A program made the position numbers and the translations under genes. Of a DNA stretch of 32,000 nucleotides, positions 29,437 through 32,000 are shown in pieces. The notes below the pieces were generated by a model. It was not told where the DNA came from, ran no database searches, and saw nothing but the letters and a program-made list of their open reading frames with translations. Origin of the DNA: Zymomonas mobilis subsp. mobilis ATCC 10988 (GTDB lineage Bacteria; Pseudomonadota; Alphaproteobacteria; Sphingomonadales; Sphingomonadaceae). The stretch's first letter is position 1. The number at the start of each line of letters is the position of its first letter. The stretch spans positions 1,200,001 to 1,232,000 of the forward strand of contig NC_017262.1 of assembly GCF_000175255.2 (NCBI RefSeq). The letters are read 5' to 3'.

Positions 29437-29832
29437 ATGGCATTGTCCGATCCTCTGGGTGATTTGCTCACCCGCATTCGCAACGGCCAGCATGCCCGCA
29501 AAGATAGCGTGGTATCTCCTGCCTCTAAATTACGTGTTCGCGTATTAGATGTGCTGGCACGTGAAGGCTATATTCGCGGTTATACTGAAGCCAAGCTTGG
29601 CAATCATGACGCACTGCGCATTGAGCTGAAATATTTTGAAGGCCAGCCGGCTATTCATCATCTGGCTCGTGTTTCAAAACCGGGTCGTCGTATCTATTCT
29701 GGTTCTCGCGAATTACCGCGTGTCCGTAATGGCCTTGGCATCACGATCGTTTCAACGCCGAAAGGTGTTCTTTCTGATGCAGAAGCCCGCGACCAGAATG
29801 TCGGCGGTGAAGTCCTTGCGGAGGTGTTCTGA
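29437..29832 (+). CDS. rpsH: 30S ribosomal protein S8
   Basis: [25 protein letters not shown]...[33 protein letters not shown]. Confidence 0.98.
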   Translation: MALSDPLGDLLTRIRNGQHARKDSVVSPASKLRVRVLDVLAREGYIRGYTEAKLGNHDALRIELKYFEGQPAIHHLARVSKPGRRIYSGSRELPRVRNGLGITIVSTPKGVLSDAEARDQNVGGEVLAEVF

Positions 29833-30365
29833 TGAGCCGTATCGGTAAAAAACCGGTGGCTATCCCGACGGGCGTCACCGCAAATATTGCAGACGGTGTA
29901 CTTTCAGTAAAAGGCCCCAAAGGCGAGCTTTCTATGCCTTTGTCTTCTGAAGTGACCTATTCACTTGAAGATGGTCAGCTTTCTGTACAGCCTGTCAATG
30001 ACACGAAGCGTGCCCGCTCTTTCTGGGGTATGCAGCGTACATTGGTACAGAATCTGATCGATGGTGTGACTCAAGGTTATTCTAAAACCCTTCAGATCAC
30101 GGGTGTCGGTTATCGTGCTGCATCACAGGGTAAAACCCTGAAACTGCAGCTTGGCTACAGCCACGATATCGATTTTGCTATACCGGAAGGTATCACGATC
30201 CAGACGCCGGAACCAACGACTGTCAATATCTCTGGTATTGATAAGCAGAAAGTTGGTCAGGTCGCGGCTGAGATTCGTCGCTGGCGTCGTCCTGAGCCCT
30301 ATAAGGGTAAGGGTATCAAGTATGCCGGTGAGTTCATCTTCCGTAAGGAAGGGAAGAAGAAATAA
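29832..30365 (+). CDS. rplF: 50S ribosomal protein L6
   Basis: [15 protein letters not shown]...[38 protein letters not shown]. Confidence 0.98.
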   Translation: MSRIGKKPVAIPTGVTANIADGVLSVKGPKGELSMPLSSEVTYSLEDGQLSVQPVNDTKRARSFWGMQRTLVQNLIDGVTQGYSKTLQITGVGYRAASQGKTLKLQLGYSHDIDFAIPEGITIQTPEPTTVNISGIDKQKVGQVAAEIRRWRRPEPYKGKGIKYAGEFIFRKEGKKK

Positions 30366-30721
30366 TGGCCAAAGGTCTTTCTCTTTTTGAACGGCGTCGT
30401 CAGCGGGTTCGTACCACGCTGCGTGCCAAGGGTAATCATCGTCCTCGTTTATCTGTTCACCGTTCTGGCCAGCATATTTATGCTCAGGTTATTGATGATG
30501 ATCAGAGACGCACCGTTGTTGCAGCTTCCACACTGGAAAAAGCTGTAAGAGACAAATCTGGTGCGACTGTTGCAGCTGCGGCTGAAACGGGTAAACGTTT
30601 AGCCGAACGCGCTTCAGCGGCTGGTATTACCAAGGTTGTATTCGACCGCGGGGGATTTTTGTTTCATGGGCGGGTAAAAGCTCTGGCTGATGCTGCCCGT
30701 GAAGGCGGATTGGAGTTCTAA
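30365..30721 (+). CDS. rplR: 50S ribosomal protein L18
   Basis: [32 protein letters not shown]...[26 protein letters not shown]. Confidence 0.97.
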   Translation: MAKGLSLFERRRQRVRTTLRAKGNHRPRLSVHRSGQHIYAQVIDDDQRRTVVAASTLEKAVRDKSGATVAAAAETGKRLAERASAAGITKVVFDRGGFLFHGRVKALADAAREGGLEF

Positions 30722-31423
30722 ATGGCTAACGAAAGCGAAATCCAGAAAACGGAAAATGCCGAAGTTGCCAATGCTGCTAACGGCACCAATCCGAACAACG
30801 AACGTCGTGGTCGTGGTGGCCGTGGTCGTGGTGGTCGTGGCCGTGATGGTCGTGGTCGCCGTGATGACCGTCGCAACGAAGAAGCTGGTGAAGAGCTGAT
30901 TGAAAAGCTGGTTCACATTAACCGTGTTTCTAAGACGGTTAAAGGTGGTAAGCGCTTCGGTTTCGCCGCTTTGGTTGTTGTTGGTGACGGTAAAGGCCGC
31001 GTTGGCTTTGGTCATGGTAAAGCTCGCGAAGTGCCGGAAGCTATTTCCAAGGCAACTGCCGCAGCTAAAAAGACGATGATTCGCGTCCCGCTTCGTGAAG
31101 GTCGTACCTTGCATCATGATGGTCGTGGCCGTTTCGGTGCTGGTCTGGTCTATCTGCGTTCGGCACCGTCAGGTACCGGTATCATCGCTGGTGGTCCAAT
31201 GCGCGCCATCTTCGAAAGCCTTGGTGTTGCTGACGTCGTGACGAAGTCTGTTGGCACCAGCAACCCTTACAATATGATTCGTGCTACCTTTGAAGCACTG
31301 AACGATCAGAAAAGCCCGAAAGCCGTAGCCCAGCGCCGCGGTAAACGGATTGCTGATCTCTTCGGTCGCGGTGGTGCATCTGCAGCTAAGGCTGAAGCTG
31401 AAGCTGCTGCGGTTGTGGAGTAA
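30722..31423 (+). CDS. rpsE: 30S ribosomal protein S5 with N-terminal RG-rich extension
   Basis: [50 protein letters not shown], preceded by [24 protein letters not shown]. Confidence 0.97.
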   Translation: MANESEIQKTENAEVANAANGTNPNNERRGRGGRGRGGRGRDGRGRRDDRRNEEAGEELIEKLVHINRVSKTVKGGKRFGFAALVVVGDGKGRVGFGHGKAREVPEAISKATAAAKKTMIRVPLREGRTLHHDGRGRFGAGLVYLRSAPSGTGIIAGGPMRAIFESLGVADVVTKSVGTSNPYNMIRATFEALNDQKSPKAVAQRRGKRIADLFGRGGASAAKAEAEAAAVVE

Positions 31424-31430
31424 AAATGTG

Positions 31431-31607
31431 ATGGCAACTCTTAAAGTTACTCAGATTGGTTCTCCTATCCGTCGTAGCCCAGATCAGCGTGCAACGCTTA
31501 TTGGTCTTGGCCTCAACAAGATGCATCGCACCCGCGAATTGAAGGATACGCCCGATGTTCGGGGTATGCTTCGCAAGGTTGCTCATCTGGTTAAAGTTGA
31601 GAACTAA
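31431..31607 (+). CDS. rpmD: 50S ribosomal protein L30
   Basis: [58 protein letters not shown]; start at internal ATG 31431. Confidence 0.97.
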   Translation: MATLKVTQIGSPIRRSPDQRATLIGLGLNKMHRTRELKDTPDVRGMLRKVAHLVKVEN

Positions 31608-31643
31608 TCTTTTCCTTGTCTTTTGATAAGGAAATTGGCAAAG

Positions 31644-31681
31644 AACAGCGTCGTCTCGATAAGAGAGGCGCTGTTTTTGTT
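31644..31681 (+). terminator. Terminator-like hairpin between rpmD and rplO
   Basis: AACAGCG...TCTC-gataa-GAGA...CGCTGTTTTTGTTTT. Confidence 0.75.
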
Positions 31682-31757
31682 TTGGAAAGCTTTGATGCGC
31701 ATAGGCTTTCCTTGAAAATTTTTCTGCGCGCCAAAAGCGAAAGCGAGTGCTTTTAAT

Positions 31758-32000
31758 ATGTCTTTTAAATTAAATAGTCTGAAAGATAACGCCGGTTCAC
31801 GCGTTGGTCGTGTCCGCGTTGGTCGCGGTATTGGTTCTGGTCTTGGTAAAACCGCTGGTCGCGGTCAAAAAGGTCAGAAAAGCCGTTCTGGTGTTTCGAT
31901 TAATGGTTTCGCTGGTGGACAGATGCCCATCTATATGCGTCTCCCGAAACGCGGCTTTAACAATGTTTTCAGCAAAGACTATGCTGAAGTTAACCTTGGC
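31758..32000 (+). CDS. rplO: 50S ribosomal protein L15 (N-terminal part; truncated by window end)
   Basis: [71 protein letters not shown]; open to the window edge. Confidence 0.95.
   Translation, partial: MSFKLNSLKDNAGSRVGRVRVGRGIGSGLGKTAGRGQKGQKSRSGVSINGFAGGQMPIYMRLPKRGFNNVFSKDYAEVNLG

Noticed and set aside
1-32000. Search for prophage, transposase, defence system, toxin-antitoxin, CRISPR or tRNA/rRNA genes
   Set aside because: None of the ORFs or intergenic segments carry recognisable signatures; the window is a housekeeping region.

Overview
This is a 32 kb alphaproteobacterial chromosomal window. Protein sequences and gene order look like Zymomonas mobilis or a close sphingomonad; that assignment is inference, with no database search run. 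The left half holds housekeeping genes: gph (partial), glmU, a class A penicillin-binding protein, a cluster of polytopic membrane and glycosyltransferase/GtrA proteins, an RluA-type pseudouridine synthase, arfB, a free-Met-(R)-sulfoxide reductase-like GAF protein, a GNAT protein, an RcnB-like protein, the pyruvate dehydrogenase E2 / thioesterase / E3 genes and a PAP2 phosphatase. The right half is the str-S10-spc ribosomal protein supercluster, from rpsL to rplO (truncated by the window end). I see no mobile element, CRISPR array, tRNA/rRNA, phage or defence system. The best under-explained signal is non-coding. The unusually long 314-nt rpsJ-rplC spacer folds by hand into a three-way junction followed by a nested stem, a terminator-like hairpin and another hairpin next to the rplC Shine-Dalgarno. 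Other ribosomal spacers and leaders (rpsL leader, rpsG-fusA, fusA-tuf, tuf-rpsJ, rpsC-rplP, rplE-rpsN, rpmD-rplO) also contain inverted repeats. The classical E. coli S7 target spacer (rpsL-rpsG) is nearly absent, and rplX and rplE overlap where the E. coli S8 target region lies. S12 naturally carries Arg at position 88, and S5 has an RG-rich N-terminal extension.
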